Below the pieces are notes generated by a model. That model searched no databases. It was given only the letters and a program-made list of their open reading frames with translations, and was not told the origin of the DNA. Of a stretch of 64,000 nt of DNA, positions 30,116 to 41,572 are shown in pieces; the stretch's first letter is position 1, and every line of letters starts with the position of its first letter. Source of the stretch: Syntrophales bacterium (GTDB lineage: Bacteria; Desulfobacterota; Syntrophia; Syntrophales; UBA2210); the NCBI GenBank assembly GCA_963662405.2, contig CAXXKT010000001.1, forward strand, positions 1,824,001 through 1,888,000. The letters run 5' to 3'. Both the position numbers and the translations under genes were made by a program.

Positions 30116-32347
30116 ATGAAGAAGATCAAGATTACGTGTATAGGGAATTACCCGCCGCGGGAATGCGGGATTGCGACCTTTACAAGGGATCTGGTCGAAT
30201 CGATGGAACTGACCGATCGGGTCGAGTGCTCCGTTGTCGCGATGAATGATGAGGGTCAGGATTACCCGTATCCCGAGAAGGTACGATATGTCGTTCGGCA
30301 GAACCATCAACGGGATTATCTCAAGGCGGTCAAATTTATCAATTACAGTGATGCCGATGCCTGTGTGCTGGAGCATGAATTCGGGATATTCGGCGGCGAC
30401 AGCGGCATTTACATCCTTCCGTTCATCCATCGGCTGAAGATTCCCCTTGTTGCTACCCTTCATACGATCCTTGAGAAGCCTTCCTATAACGAAAGGGCCA
30501 TCATCCATGAGATCGGTGATAAGGCCGAGAAGGTGGTGGTGATGAGCCATCGTGCGATCAAGTTCCTGACCGAAATCTATGATGTCCGACCGGATAAGAT
30601 TGAGCTTATTGAACACGGTGTCCCCGACCTCGATCTTGTTCAGAGAAATCAGTATAAAAAGAAGTTTAATCTGGAGGGCAAAAAGGCCATCTTTACCTTT
30701 GGCCTTCTAAGCCGAAGCAAGGGGATCGAAACAGTAATCCAGGCCCTGCCGCAGGTTGTTCTGAAACATCCGGAAGTTGTATTCATCATATTGGGAAAAA
30801 CACATCCGGCCGTGTTGCGTACTTCGGGCGAGGAGTACCGGAATTATCTGCGACGCCTGGTAGAAAAAAATAAGCTGAGAGAAAACGTCTATTTCTATAA
30901 TAGATTTGTCAGCGCAACGGAACTGTTTGAGTACCTGTCCGCCATCGATATCTACATAACCCCCTATCTGAATGAGGCCCAGATCACCAGTGGGACCCTG
31001 GCCTATGCGGTCGGAGCGGGGGCGGCCGTCATTTCTACGCCTTACTGGCACGCGCAGGAGCTCCTGGCGGATGGGAGAGGAAGGCTGTTTGATTTTCACG
31101 ATTCAAACGCGCTGGCCGGTATTCTCAACGAACTGCTGGACAACCCTTCAGTTCTGTCCGAATTACGGCGCAAGGCGTACACCTACGGACGGCAGATGAC
31201 ATGGCCCGTTATCGGGGAGAAATATGCCAATCTCATGTATGATGTGGCGCAATCCTATCAGGAGGTGAGCGCCAGAGAGGATGCTATCGTCGATCCGCTG
31301 GTTCTCCCCCCATTCGATCTGGCCCACGTCAGGCAGCTCACCGACGATACCGGTATCATCCAGCATGCGAACTACAGCGTGCCGAGCCGGAAAGAGGGGT
31401 ATTGCCTGGACGACAATGCCCGGGGACTGTTGATGGCAACCATGGCCTACCACCAGAAGAGAGACCCGGCGCCCCTGGGTCTTCTGCCCACGTATCTCAG
31501 CTACATCGATTACATGCAGCGTGATGACGGCCTGTTCAGGAACTTCTTGAGCTATAATAGAAGTTTTCTGGATGAGGTCGGATCGGATGATGCGTTCGGA
31601 CGAACCATATGGGCCTTGGGATTCCTTATCCGTTTCTCCCCCCACGACGCCTTCTTTCAACTGGCTAACCAACTGTTCGCCAAGGCATATCCGCATTTCC
31701 GGAACATCCGTTCTATTCGGGGGATTGCCGACACGATCATTGGTGTCTGCCATTATCTCCATCGCTATTCGAGTGATGAGGGGATGAATGAAACCCTTAA
31801 GGAGATGGTACGGCGGATCGTTGCACAGTACGAAGACGAGGCCGATGGCCAGTGGCACTGGTTTGAACCAACGGTGACCTATGACAACGGCATTATTCCC
31901 CTGGCTTTGTTCCATGCCTGTGAAATAACCGGTGATGAGAAGGCCCTGGCCGTCGCCCGTGAGATGACGGACTTTCTCGAGGGGATTGTCTTCAGAGACG
32001 GGTATCTCGCGCCGGTAGGGTCCGACAGCTGGTACCAGAAGGGCGGAGAGTGCGCGCGGTATGCGCAGCAACCCATCGACGCAATGGCCATCGTGATGAT
32101 GTTTTACCAGGCCTCTGTTGTGACCGGTGACAAACACTACCTTGACCGGATGGTTGCATCCTTCATGTGGTTTCTGGGTGAGAATGATATGCGGATCCCG
32201 CTTTATGATTTTGAGACACGCGGCTGCTGCGACGGCCTTGAAAGCCGCGGGGTAAACCGGAATCAGGGTGCGGAGAGTATCCTGGCGTATCTCATCTCTC
32301 ACCTGACGGTACTTCTGGCCCATGAGCGGGAGACTCTGATAGCCTGA
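30116..32347 (+). CDS. GT4 glycosyltransferase fused to a C-terminal glycosidase-like helical domain
   Basis: YPPRECGIATF, EHEFGIFGG, QITSGTLAYA; C-terminal LTDDTGIIQHA, GYCLDDNAR, QQPIDA, NQGAES. Confidence 0.88.
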   Translation: MKKIKITCIGNYPPRECGIATFTRDLVESMELTDRVECSVVAMNDEGQDYPYPEKVRYVVRQNHQRDYLKAVKFINYSDADACVLEHEFGIFGGDSGIYILPFIHRLKIPLVATLHTILEKPSYNERAIIHEIGDKAEKVVVMSHRAIKFLTEIYDVRPDKIELIEHGVPDLDLVQRNQYKKKFNLEGKKAIFTFGLLSRSKGIETVIQALPQVVLKHPEVVFIILGKTHPAVLRTSGEEYRNYLRRLVEKNKLRENVYFYNRFVSATELFEYLSAIDIYITPYLNEAQITSGTLAYAVGAGAAVISTPYWHAQELLADGRGRLFDFHDSNALAGILNELLDNPSVLSELRRKAYTYGRQMTWPVIGEKYANLMYDVAQSYQEVSAREDAIVDPLVLPPFDLAHVRQLTDDTGIIQHANYSVPSRKEGYCLDDNARGLLMATMAYHQKRDPAPLGLLPTYLSYIDYMQRDDGLFRNFLSYNRSFLDEVGSDDAFGRTIWALGFLIRFSPHDAFFQLANQLFAKAYPHFRNIRSIRGIADTIIGVCHYLHRYSSDEGMNETLKEMVRRIVAQYEDEADGQWHWFEPTVTYDNGIIPLALFHACEITGDEKALAVAREMTDFLEGIVFRDGYLAPVGSDSWYQKGGECARYAQQPIDAMAIVMMFYQASVVTGDKHYLDRMVASFMWFLGENDMRIPLYDFETRGCCDGLESRGVNRNQGAESILAYLISHLTVLLAHERETLIA

Positions 32348-32431
32348 CGTGAAGCTCAATCGTGTCCTGTTCTCACAGGGGACTGTGCCGGAGAAAGCCC
32401 TTCCGCCTGCAATGATGCAAGGAGCTTTGAA

Positions 32432-33361
32432 ATGCCGATTATTCAAAGATATGAAAAGAATCCAATTTTAACGAGAAACGATGTGCCCTATCCCGTGGCA
32501 ACAGTGCACAATGCCGGAGTGACCAGGTATAAGTGCAGATACATAATGATCTTCCGTTCGCATTTAACCAGCGGCCGCAGTATTTTAGGGCTGGCGGAAA
32601 GTGATGACGGGGTTAGGTTTAAGGTTGCCGAAAAGCCCTTTATGACCCCGGCAACAGAAGGGATATTCCACATATATGAAGAATATGGCCTCGAAGACCC
32701 CCGTATCACCTGTATCGATGATGAATATCTGATTACCTACAGCGCCTATTCCAGGCATGGCGCTCGCATCGGGCTGGCCCGAACAAGAGATTTTAAAAAA
32801 ATAGAACGGATTTCTTTAATCACTGAGGCAGATTCGCGCAACCTGGCTATCTTTCCTGAAAAGATAGACGGTCTGTATGTCCGTCTGGACAGACCCCATT
32901 CGGGGATAGCCCCCTGGTCCATCTGGATATCCTATTCTCCCGATCTTAAATACTGGGGGGACGCCCGGTTGATTATAAAACCAGCTCAATATCACTGGGA
33001 TGAGATGAAGATAGGACCCGGAGCTCCTCCAATCAAGACCGATCAGGGATGGCTGAATATCTATCACGGTGTCTTTCAGACCATGGCCGGCTCGGTTTAT
33101 CGCTTGGGGGTTGCACTTCATGATCTGACGGATCCCTCGATAATCAGGGGGATCAGTGACGGTTGGATACTCCAGCCGGAAGAAGAATGTGAGATTACCG
33201 GTTATGTCCCCAATGTCGTATTTACCTGCGGGGCGGTGGCAGAACCGGACGGCACGCTCAAGATCTACTGGGGCGCGGCCGATACCGTGATGTGCGTGGG
33301 TACGGCCGACATAAACGCCCTTGTTGACCTTTGTCTGAACAATTCCAGAGCGGCGGTGTGA
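32432..33361 (+). CDS. GH130 family glycoside hydrolase/phosphorylase
   Basis: HNAGV, GLEDPRIT, LDRPH, KIGPGAPP, YHGV, GYVPNVVFTCG. Confidence 0.9.
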   Translation: MPIIQRYEKNPILTRNDVPYPVATVHNAGVTRYKCRYIMIFRSHLTSGRSILGLAESDDGVRFKVAEKPFMTPATEGIFHIYEEYGLEDPRITCIDDEYLITYSAYSRHGARIGLARTRDFKKIERISLITEADSRNLAIFPEKIDGLYVRLDRPHSGIAPWSIWISYSPDLKYWGDARLIIKPAQYHWDEMKIGPGAPPIKTDQGWLNIYHGVFQTMAGSVYRLGVALHDLTDPSIIRGISDGWILQPEEECEITGYVPNVVFTCGAVAEPDGTLKIYWGAADTVMCVGTADINALVDLCLNNSRAAV

Positions 33362-33362
33362 G

Positions 33363-34376
33363 ATGAAGATTGCGGTCCTGGCTCCGATTTGCTGGAGAAC
33401 ACCACCGCGGCACTACGGGCCCTGGGAGCAGGTGGCATCGAATATTGCCGAGGGCCTCGTCTTGCGCGGACTGGATGTAACGCTTTTCGCAACGGGCGAT
33501 TCCCTGACCAGGGCAAAACTGGAATACATCTGCGAGCGGCCCTATGAAGAAGACAAGACCCTTGATCCAAAGGTATGGGAGTGTCTGCATATTGCACATC
33601 TAATGGAATGTGCCGATGAATTTGACATCATCCATAACAATTACGATTTTCTGCCCCTGACCTATTCTCGTTTGATCACAACGCCGATGGTGACCACTAT
33701 CCACGGGTTTTCCTCGCCACACATCATCCCGGTCTTCAAGGAGTACAACGATCATAATTATTTTGTATCCATCAGCAATGCGGACCGTTGCCTGGAATTG
33801 GAGTATATCGCCACGGTTTACAACGGCATTAACGTGGCCGACTTTACATTGAGGGAAGCCGTTGGCGAATATCTGTTATATTTCGGCAGGATACATCCTG
33901 ATAAAGGAACCCATGAAGCCATACAGATCGCTAAGAGGTTCAAGATGAGGCTTATTATTTCCGGGTTTATCCAGGATCAGAGATATTACGAAGAAAAGGT
34001 AGGCCCCTTTTTAAATGATGAGATTGTGTATGTCGGTAACTCGGGACCGGAAAAAAGAGATACATTACTTGGCAATGCATACGCCCTGCTTCATCCCATC
34101 AGTTTCGACGAGCCCTTTGGCTTAAGTGTGGCCGAATCGATGCTTTGCGGAACGCCGGTGGTTGCCTTTAATAAGGGCTCCATGCCGGAGCTGATCGTCC
34201 AGGAGAAGACCGGATTTTTGGTTGATACGGTGGATGAAGCCGCGTACGCCTTAAAAGACGTACGGCAGATTGACCGCACATACTGTCGGAGGTGGGCCGA
34301 AAAGAATTTCAGTCAGGAAAAAATGGTTGATGATTATATCGAAGTTTACCGCAAGATAGTGGGTAATGCCTGCTGA
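33363..34376 (+). CDS. GT4 glycosyltransferase
   Basis: TPPRHYGPWE, FGRIHPDKG, DEPFGLSVAESMLCGTPV. Confidence 0.9.
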   Translation: MKIAVLAPICWRTPPRHYGPWEQVASNIAEGLVLRGLDVTLFATGDSLTRAKLEYICERPYEEDKTLDPKVWECLHIAHLMECADEFDIIHNNYDFLPLTYSRLITTPMVTTIHGFSSPHIIPVFKEYNDHNYFVSISNADRCLELEYIATVYNGINVADFTLREAVGEYLLYFGRIHPDKGTHEAIQIAKRFKMRLIISGFIQDQRYYEEKVGPFLNDEIVYVGNSGPEKRDTLLGNAYALLHPISFDEPFGLSVAESMLCGTPVVAFNKGSMPELIVQEKTGFLVDTVDEAAYALKDVRQIDRTYCRRWAEKNFSQEKMVDDYIEVYRKIVGNAC

Positions 34377-34434
34377 TTGTGCCTGGTAAACCATTATTAA
34401 AGCCTGTAATTCTTAAAAACAGCTACCAGCCTCC

Positions 34435-35910
34435 TCAATCATTCAACAGTTTGTCTAAAAGCTCATCCATCCGGACCATGGCGAAGCCCGAGGCGGAATC
34501 GGACATCCCGTACGGTATGATCAGATCACCATTACGAATGAGAGAACCACAGGAATAGACGACATTTGGGACGTAGCCCTCCCTCTCTTCCTCGTTGGCC
34601 ACCAGCAAGGGTTTCCGAAGCTGCCCGATGATTTTGGAGGGATCCTCCAGGTCGAGCAGAACGGCCCCCAGGCTGTACCTCCTCATCGGACCCACCCCAT
34701 GGGTGATCATCAGCCACCCCTTCTCCGTTTCGAGGGGCGAGCCGCAATTGCCCAGCTGAATAAATTCCCAGGGATACCGGGGCTCCTGTATTTTCTTGGC
34801 ATCGTGCCATACATGAATGTCATCGGAGAACATCAGGTAATTATTGACCCCGTCGTAGCGGGAGATCATGGCGTACAGCCCCCTGATCTTTCTCGGAAAG
34901 AGCGCCAGGTTCTTGTTCTGGACATACTCGCCATGGATCGGGCGTATCTTGAAATGATAGAAGTCTTTCGTTTCTATCGATTTAGGCAGGATGGTATATC
35001 CGTCATAGGCCGTGTATGTCGCAAAGTAGGTAATGCTGCCGTCATCATCGATAAATTTTACGAACCGCGCGTCTTCGATGCCGTTGCTTTCATGGGCGGA
35101 GACCGGGAAAATGACACGTTCCGACAGGTCGGTATCCAAGGAGAAGGCGATTTCGTAATGGGAACTGGCTAGCCAGTTGATGGAATCGATCACCTTTTTC
35201 TTGGTGTAGGTGAGGGGTATGTCTCTGGTGACCTCGGCGATGCTTTTTTGGAGGTCGCGATAGAGGAACTTACCTTCCAGCTTGTCCATAACGGGGCCGA
35301 TTATGTCCTTTTGGATATTCATCTCGTGCAGTTTTTCCAGAAACTGCTCCTTGTCATACACGTGGAGCTTCAGGGCCTCGGGCAGATCAACAAATCTTCC
35401 GGCCGGTTTGAAGATCAGCTCATTGTTCCGGGTAAGGATGCCGCTCCTGAAGACGATGGATGAGATATGCCCCTCCCCGACCGCGCGAAAACTGACGATA
35501 ACGCGTTTTTCCCCCTCTTCTCGGTTCCCCTGGTTTGGGTCTTCTATCATTGAGGGATTAAAAAAGGCGGCAGCTTCAATGGCGTATTCCAAGGTAAAGT
35601 AGGACCCGATCAGCAGTTTTCTCTTGAGAGACAGGGGGCTCGGGAATATGCCGGGATCCGATGCCAGGATGTCTTTGACGGTATCAAAATTTTTCTCAAA
35701 TATTTTTGTGATATTGCGGTGCCGGATTGAAAAATCAGCCAGGACTTCGTTGAGTGCCAGACCCACCTCCTGGTCGGAGAAGGCCAATATCCGGTTGATG
35801 ATAATTTTTGCCCTCTTCCCATCGCCGGATCCGGGCAGATAGAACTTGGCAATGACCCGCGTGGGGTCCGGATAAAATTTATTCGGTAATCGTTTTACAG
35901 TTACGGCCAT
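34435..35910 (-). CDS. Long GH130-like glycosidase/phosphorylase
   Basis: FNPS, RAVGEGHISSI, NGIEDARFV, QLGNCGSP, REGYVPNVVYSCG. Confidence 0.88.
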   Translation of the reverse strand: MAVTVKRLPNKFYPDPTRVIAKFYLPGSGDGKRAKIIINRILAFSDQEVGLALNEVLADFSIRHRNITKIFEKNFDTVKDILASDPGIFPSPLSLKRKLLIGSYFTLEYAIEAAAFFNPSMIEDPNQGNREEGEKRVIVSFRAVGEGHISSIVFRSGILTRNNELIFKPAGRFVDLPEALKLHVYDKEQFLEKLHEMNIQKDIIGPVMDKLEGKFLYRDLQKSIAEVTRDIPLTYTKKKVIDSINWLASSHYEIAFSLDTDLSERVIFPVSAHESNGIEDARFVKFIDDDGSITYFATYTAYDGYTILPKSIETKDFYHFKIRPIHGEYVQNKNLALFPRKIRGLYAMISRYDGVNNYLMFSDDIHVWHDAKKIQEPRYPWEFIQLGNCGSPLETEKGWLMITHGVGPMRRYSLGAVLLDLEDPSKIIGQLRKPLLVANEEEREGYVPNVVYSCGSLIRNGDLIIPYGMSDSASGFAMVRMDELLDKLLND

Positions 35911-35986
35911 GACTCCCTCGTTCCGGGATACATCCGGTGGATGCGTGCCCTATCTCCTTCTTGCTTGACCCGGTCAAAGATCGGTG

Positions 35987-36796
35987 CTATTTCCGACCCA
36001 GCTCCTTTGAACGACGTGTCGCGGCCGCGACCGCGGCTGCGATGGTCTCCCGGATATTCCCGTTGTCCAGCGCCTTGATCCCTTCGATGGTGGTGCCGCC
36101 GGGGGAGGTGACCATCGCGGTCAACTGGGCCGGTGTCTTCTCCCCCTTGAGGCACAGCTTCGCGGCGCCCAGCATGGTCTGGGCCGCCAGTTTCAGTGCG
36201 GTCTCGCGCTCAAGTCCCTGGCTGATTCCGGCATCCGCGAGCGCCTTGATGATGATAAATCCATAAGCGGGGCCGCTCCCGCTCAGGCCCGTAACCGCAT
36301 CGATCAGATCTTCTCCGACGACGACGGTCGTTCCGACGGAATCGAATATCCGGCGGGCATTCGCAACATCATCCTCCGTGGCCTTCCCCCCCCCGGCGAG
36401 GGCCGTCGCCCCTTCCCCGATCAGGGCCGGTGTGTTCGGCATCACTCTAATGACCCGTGTCTCTTTCCCCAGGTGTCCCTCGAGGAATCCGATGGTGATC
36501 CCGGCCGCGATGGAGATGAAGAGCTGATTCGCCACCGCGTCGGCGATGCTTTGCAGGACCTCCTCCATATTCTGGGGTTTGACCGCCAGGATGACGATAT
36601 CGGCATCTTGCACGGCCTCACCGATGTCCTCCGTGGTATTGACGTGGTGAGTATCTCTGAAGTGATCGAGCCGTTCCGGACATATATCATGTATCGTTAG
36701 ATCTTCCGGCCGTGCCACCCCCCCCGCGATCATTCCTCCCGCGAGGGCCTCCCCCATATTCCCTCCCCCTATCATGCATATCTTCTCGTGCGACAT
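35987..36796 (-). CDS. proC: Pyrroline-5-carboxylate reductase
   Basis: IGGGNMG, LAVKPQ, RVMPNTP, SGSGPAY, TSPGGTT. Confidence 0.95.
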   Translation of the reverse strand: MSHEKICMIGGGNMGEALAGGMIAGGVARPEDLTIHDICPERLDHFRDTHHVNTTEDIGEAVQDADIVILAVKPQNMEEVLQSIADAVANQLFISIAAGITIGFLEGHLGKETRVIRVMPNTPALIGEGATALAGGGKATEDDVANARRIFDSVGTTVVVGEDLIDAVTGLSGSGPAYGFIIIKALADAGISQGLERETALKLAAQTMLGAAKLCLKGEKTPAQLTAMVTSPGGTTIEGIKALDNGNIRETIAAAVAAATRRSKELGRK

Positions 36797-36918
36797 CGTG
36801 CTGCGGTAACCTCCCTCTCTGCCGCAAGGGCAAAGCCGTTGCCCCTCACGGAAAACAGATCTTGACTTTTAAGACGGCACTTACTATTCATAACTTATTT
36901 TAATACAAAGGGGAAGAG

Positions 36919-37218
36919 ATGTTTGTCATAGGGAACTTCATTGAGGCACTTGCGAGGATTCTTGATCTGGGCCTGACGATATATATGTGGCTTATTATCA
37001 TACGGGCCATTATCTCCTGGGTCAATCCCGACCCCTATAATCCTATCGTCCGTTTTTTGTATAAGGCCACGGAACCGGTACTCTACCAGGTCCGGAGGTT
37101 AATCCCGATGCGGGGAATCGGCATCGACTTTTCACCGATTATCGTGATCATAGTGATCGTATTCCTCCAGAGCTTTCTCGTGAGGACCTTGCTGCAGTTC
37201 GCGGTCACGTTCAGATAG
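36919..37218 (+). CDS. yggT: YggT family membrane protein
   Basis: SWVNPDPYNPIVRFLYKATEPVL, IDFSPI. Confidence 0.9.
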   Translation: MFVIGNFIEALARILDLGLTIYMWLIIIRAIISWVNPDPYNPIVRFLYKATEPVLYQVRRLIPMRGIGIDFSPIIVIIVIVFLQSFLVRTLLQFAVTFR

Positions 37219-37247
37219 CGGAGTTCCATTCGAGAAAAAGGGCTTTC

Positions 37248-37529
37248 ATGATCCCGGTGGGCGAAACAACGGATGGCGTCGTATTCAATATCAGGGTTAT
37301 CCCGCGCTCATCCAGGTGTGAGCTTGTCGGTATCCAGGGAGATGCCCTGAAGGTCAGGATCACGGCACCACCCGTCGAGGGGGCGGCGAATAAGGAATGC
37401 ATCCGCTTCCTCTCGGATATTCTGGGCGTGAAGCGTTCTCAGGTACGGATTGTAGCCGGGCATCGATCAAAAAACAAAAAGGTCTCCATCTCGGGAATAC
37501 ACAGAAAAGATGTCGAGGCCGTCATGTAA
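37248..37529 (+). CDS. yggU: DUF167/YggU family protein
   Basis: LKVRITAPPVEGAANKE, GHRSKNK. Confidence 0.9.
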   Translation: MIPVGETTDGVVFNIRVIPRSSRCELVGIQGDALKVRITAPPVEGAANKECIRFLSDILGVKRSQVRIVAGHRSKNKKVSISGIHRKDVEAVM

Positions 37530-37558
37530 GAGAAGCCTGAGGGGGAGTCCTGCCGGGT

Positions 37559-39640
37559 ATGCGAGGTGATTGGTTCCGAGATACCTTAAGAGAGAATCTG
37601 CAGAAACGACTTGTTCTGGGATTTCTGGTGGCCACCTGTCTCACCGGCGTGGTGGCCACACTCGTCGGTATCCATATTATCAGTAGTCGCACCATGGATG
37701 AGGCACAGAGGAAGGTTCAGCAGGACATCAATACCGCAAAACTCGTCTATGGACACAATCTGGAACGGCTTATGTTTCAGGTTCGTTGTGTCGCTCTGCG
37801 ATCCCCTCTCGGAGAGACGATTTCTTCCGGCACTGTCTCCCCTCTGGATGATCTGAAGAAACTTGTCCGGAGTGGGGTGGAGACGCCGGATGAACAGGGG
37901 GCCGGTTGCATCTGTATTGACATGATGTCGCTGGTGAATGCCGACGGGGTTGTTTTGTACCGTCCTTCCAACCCGTCTGTACAGGGAGATTCTCTGCTGT
38001 GGGATCCGGTGGTTCGGAGGTGTCTTGAAGAAAAGACTCCCATCTCGTCAACAGAACTGATCTCCGTGGAACGGATCCTCAGGGAGAACCCTCACCTCGC
38101 GGATCGCCTTACCATACCGATCATCAAAACACCCCAATCAATCGAAACCAGTGGGCAGAGGCTCACCGAGGGGATGGCCCTCCGGGCGGCCTATCCCGTC
38201 TTCGACGCGCAGGGTGATCTCAAGGGGGCGCTTGTCGGGGGAGTGCTCCTGAACAGAGACTATTCCATGGTCGATAAGATTAAGGCAACGGTATACCATG
38301 ACGAAAAATATAAAACCCTTGATATGGGATTTGCCACTATATTCCAGGGGGGAGTGCGCATCTCGACCAACGTGACGACCGAAGATTCAAAGCGGGCAAT
38401 CGGCACGGTCGTCTCCAAGGAGGTATACGAGCAGGTTGTTCGGGGGGGGGAAGACTGGGTCGGGAGGGCCTTTGTCGTCAATGACTGGTATCTCAGTTCC
38501 TATGTGCCGATCTACGATATCGACCATACCATCATCGGGATGCTCTATGTGGGGATACTGGAGGAGAAATACCGCGACATGAGGCTCAATGCCCTGTGGA
38601 TCTTTCTCGGAATCACGACACTTGGGATGATTGTCGCTTTTATCATTTCCTTCCGCATAGGGCACTCCATTATCGAACGAATTCGGATCCTGAAACAGGC
38701 CACGGAGACTATTGCCACCGGCGATCTCGATTATCGACTTCCCTGCAGCACGACATCCGATTTCGGAGTGCTGGACGAGGCCTTCAACGATATGGTCACG
38801 TCGCTTCGGGATCGCGACGAGCGGTTGAAAAAGGCTCTTCAGCAACTGACGCAGACGGAGCGTCTGGTGTCTCTCGGACAAATGGCCGCCGGCGTTGCCC
38901 ACGAGATGAACAATCCACTCGGCGGTATCCTCCTCTACAGCAATCTCGTCCTGGAAGAACTTTCCGAAGACAGCACGGCGCGGGAAAATATAAACAAGAT
39001 CGTCTATCAGACGAACCGGTGCAAGGAAATCGTTCAGAACCTCCTGGACTTTGCCCGGACCCCCTCAGGTGAGATGGTCCCTCTCGACATCAATGAAGTG
39101 CTTCTCACGTGTCTCAGCCTGGTGAAGGATCAATCGATGTTTCACGGGATAGCGATCGAGACGGCCTTTGCGGATGGGCTTCCCCGGGTGAACGGTGACC
39201 GATCCCGATTGGAGCAGGTCTTTCTGAATCTCTTTATCAATGCCTCTGATTCGATGGAGCCAGCGGGGACACTAACGGTGGCGACAAAACTGGTCAGCCG
39301 ATTTCCTGTCAACCGGGATGAAACGGAGATAGAACGGATCTGTCTGTTGGCCAGTCCTTATACCATCAAGATTACCATCTCGGATACGGGAAAAGGGATC
39401 GATAAGGCCTATCTTTCCCATATCTTTGAACCGTTCTTTACGACGAAGGATCCCGGGCAGGGGACCGGCCTGGGCCTGTCCATCGCCTACGGAATCGTCC
39501 GCAAACATGAGGGGTTCATCGATGTGGAGAGCGAACCGGGCCGTGGAACGACCTTTTTTATTTTTCTGCCTGCTACGGAAAGTGGCGCACCACCGTGGGG
39601 AACGGGTTATGGAGGAAATAACGGTTGGCTGAGAAAATAG
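37559..39640 (+). CDS. Cache/HAMP membrane sensor histidine kinase
   Basis: 2 TM helices, [14 protein letters not shown]ache, [18 protein letters not shown]. Confidence 0.9.
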   Translation: MRGDWFRDTLRENLQKRLVLGFLVATCLTGVVATLVGIHIISSRTMDEAQRKVQQDINTAKLVYGHNLERLMFQVRCVALRSPLGETISSGTVSPLDDLKKLVRSGVETPDEQGAGCICIDMMSLVNADGVVLYRPSNPSVQGDSLLWDPVVRRCLEEKTPISSTELISVERILRENPHLADRLTIPIIKTPQSIETSGQRLTEGMALRAAYPVFDAQGDLKGALVGGVLLNRDYSMVDKIKATVYHDEKYKTLDMGFATIFQGGVRISTNVTTEDSKRAIGTVVSKEVYEQVVRGGEDWVGRAFVVNDWYLSSYVPIYDIDHTIIGMLYVGILEEKYRDMRLNALWIFLGITTLGMIVAFIISFRIGHSIIERIRILKQATETIATGDLDYRLPCSTTSDFGVLDEAFNDMVTSLRDRDERLKKALQQLTQTERLVSLGQMAAGVAHEMNNPLGGILLYSNLVLEELSEDSTARENINKIVYQTNRCKEIVQNLLDFARTPSGEMVPLDINEVLLTCLSLVKDQSMFHGIAIETAFADGLPRVNGDRSRLEQVFLNLFINASDSMEPAGTLTVATKLVSRFPVNRDETEIERICLLASPYTIKITISDTGKGIDKAYLSHIFEPFFTTKDPGQGTGLGLSIAYGIVRKHEGFIDVESEPGRGTTFFIFLPATESGAPPWGTGYGGNNGWLRK

Positions 39641-40972
39641 GGAAGGTGTTGATTGTCGATGACGAGGCATCCATACGTGACGGATGCCGACAGGTGCTCT
39701 CGCGGATGGGGTATGCGGTCGATGATACGGCGGATGCCGGCAGCGGTCTGGAGATGGCCCTTGGTGACACCTATGATCTGATCCTCCTCGATGTGAAGCT
39801 GCCCAAGGTCAGCGGCTTGGAAATCCTGAAAAAGATTAAAGTCGATTCCGCAATCTCAGCGAAGGTTATCATTATTACCGGCTACGGGACCATCGAGATG
39901 GCGGTGGAGGCGATGCGGGAGGGGGCGTCAGATTTCCTGGCGAAGCCGTTTAGCCCTGTCGAACTGCGGAAGGCGGTCGCGGGCGCCCTGAAGGCCCGTG
40001 AGAGGCAACCACCGGAGGATGACCCACTTCCCGAGCTTATCGGCGACAGTGCCTGTATCCGAAAGCTCAAGGATATCATCAGGAGGGTGGCTCACACCGA
40101 CAGCACGGTCCTGATTACGGGAGAAAGCGGTACGGGAAAGGAACTGGTGGCGGGGGCGATACAGAAACTCAGTGCCCGAAAGAATGGACCCTTCGTCCCC
40201 GTCGATTGTTCATCCCTGGTTGAAAATCTGATGGAAAGTGAGCTGTTCGGGCATGTGAAGGGGGCCTTCAGCGGCGCGACGCAATCGCGGGAAGGGCGCT
40301 TTCAGGCAGCTGATGGGGGGGACGCTTTTTCTTGACGAAATATCCAATGTTTCTCTCGGTACCCAGGCCAAGCTCCTGCGGGTTATTCAGGAGGGAGAGG
40401 TGCCGCGGGTCGGCAGTTCAGGGATCGACACGGTCGATGTCAGGTTCATAGCGGCAACCAACAAGGACCTCCGGGCGCTGGTGGCGGCCGGCGATTTCCG
40501 TGAAGACCTCTTTTACCGGATATCGGTCGTCCCGGTAGAGATACCACCCCTCAGAGAGCATCCGTCGGATATCATTCCGATTGCCCAACATTATCTTGAC
40601 CTTTTTACCGAGAAACATCAGGGAAAGGGCCGCCGATTTTCAAAGGAGGCCCGGCAATCGCTGATATCGTACACCTGGCCTGGCAATGTCAGGGAGGTCA
40701 GGAACACGATGGAACGTCTCTCGGTCCTCTCCGACAGCGAGACCATTGGTCTCTCCGACATCCTCTACTACGGGCAGGAGGAGAGCGCGAGGCCCCCCGT
40801 AGGGGACCCCCAGACCGGGCGCATGAAGCTCGTGGATGTCGAAAAGGAACATATCACAAGGGCCCTGAAACATTTTCATTTCCAGATCGGCAAGACGGCA
40901 ACCTTTCTCGGTATCGACCGAAAGACCCTGAGAACAAAGATCAAAAATTACGGTATCGAAACGGAAGAATAG
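39625..40972 (+). pseudogene. sigma54-dependent NtrC-family response regulator, split by a +1 frameshift in a G7 run (possible sequencing error)
   Basis: [26 protein letters not shown] in 39625-40335; [23 protein letters not shown] and Fis-type HTH in 40313-40972. Confidence 0.85.
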
Positions 40973-41025
40973 AAAATTTTCATTCTCCCGTCTTGCAACT
41001 CATCAGCGATTTTGCCTCGGTCGAA

Positions 41026-41143
41026 TGGGGAGCTTTTCCTCCACCATGGGGCAATATGCCCCCCGGAGAGAGGTCCCTGAGAGATGGCGGAGTAATGATA
41101 TTGAATAGTTAACAGTGATTGACTTTGCGGCACCGGATTTGCA
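41026..41143 (+). promoter_or_regulatory. sigma54 promoter with tandem upstream activator-like palindromes
   Basis: CGGCACCGGATTTGCA (GG-N10-GC) at 41128-41143; TGGGGAGCTTTTCCTCCA and TGGGGCAATATGCCCCC upstream. Confidence 0.7.
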
Positions 41144-41180
41144 TTCTCAGGGGGTAAATCAAAAAAGGAGGTGACGAGTC

Positions 41181-41567
41181 ATGACCGCGAAAAAAAAGAT
41201 ACTGTTGATCGATGATGACCAGGATTTTCTGATGGCGACCAAGCTGATTCTTGAAAAGAGCGGATATGAGGTGTCCCAGGCTGAGAATGGCAAGAGCGGC
41301 ATTGAGATGATACAGTCCGTTGCTCCCGATCTGGCCATTGTTGATATGATGATGGAGACATGGGGGGAAGGCTTTAATGTGATCTCAGAGGTCCGTTCTA
41401 TGGAGAGGGGAAAGACTCTACCCCTGATTATCCTCAGTGGTGTTGATCTCCAGGGTCCATATCAGTCATTTGAGCCGTCTGATGAATTTCCAAAAGTAGA
41501 TTTGATATTGCATAAACCGGTCAAGGCCGATGACCTGATTCATCATATAGAATCTCTGTTGAGGTAA
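41181..41567 (+). CDS. Single-domain response regulator
   Basis: ILLIDDD, DLAIVDMMM, HKPV. Confidence 0.9.
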   Translation: MTAKKKILLIDDDQDFLMATKLILEKSGYEVSQAENGKSGIEMIQSVAPDLAIVDMMMETWGEGFNVISEVRSMERGKTLPLIILSGVDLQGPYQSFEPSDEFPKVDLILHKPVKADDLIHHIESLLR

Positions 41568-41572
41568 AGGCC

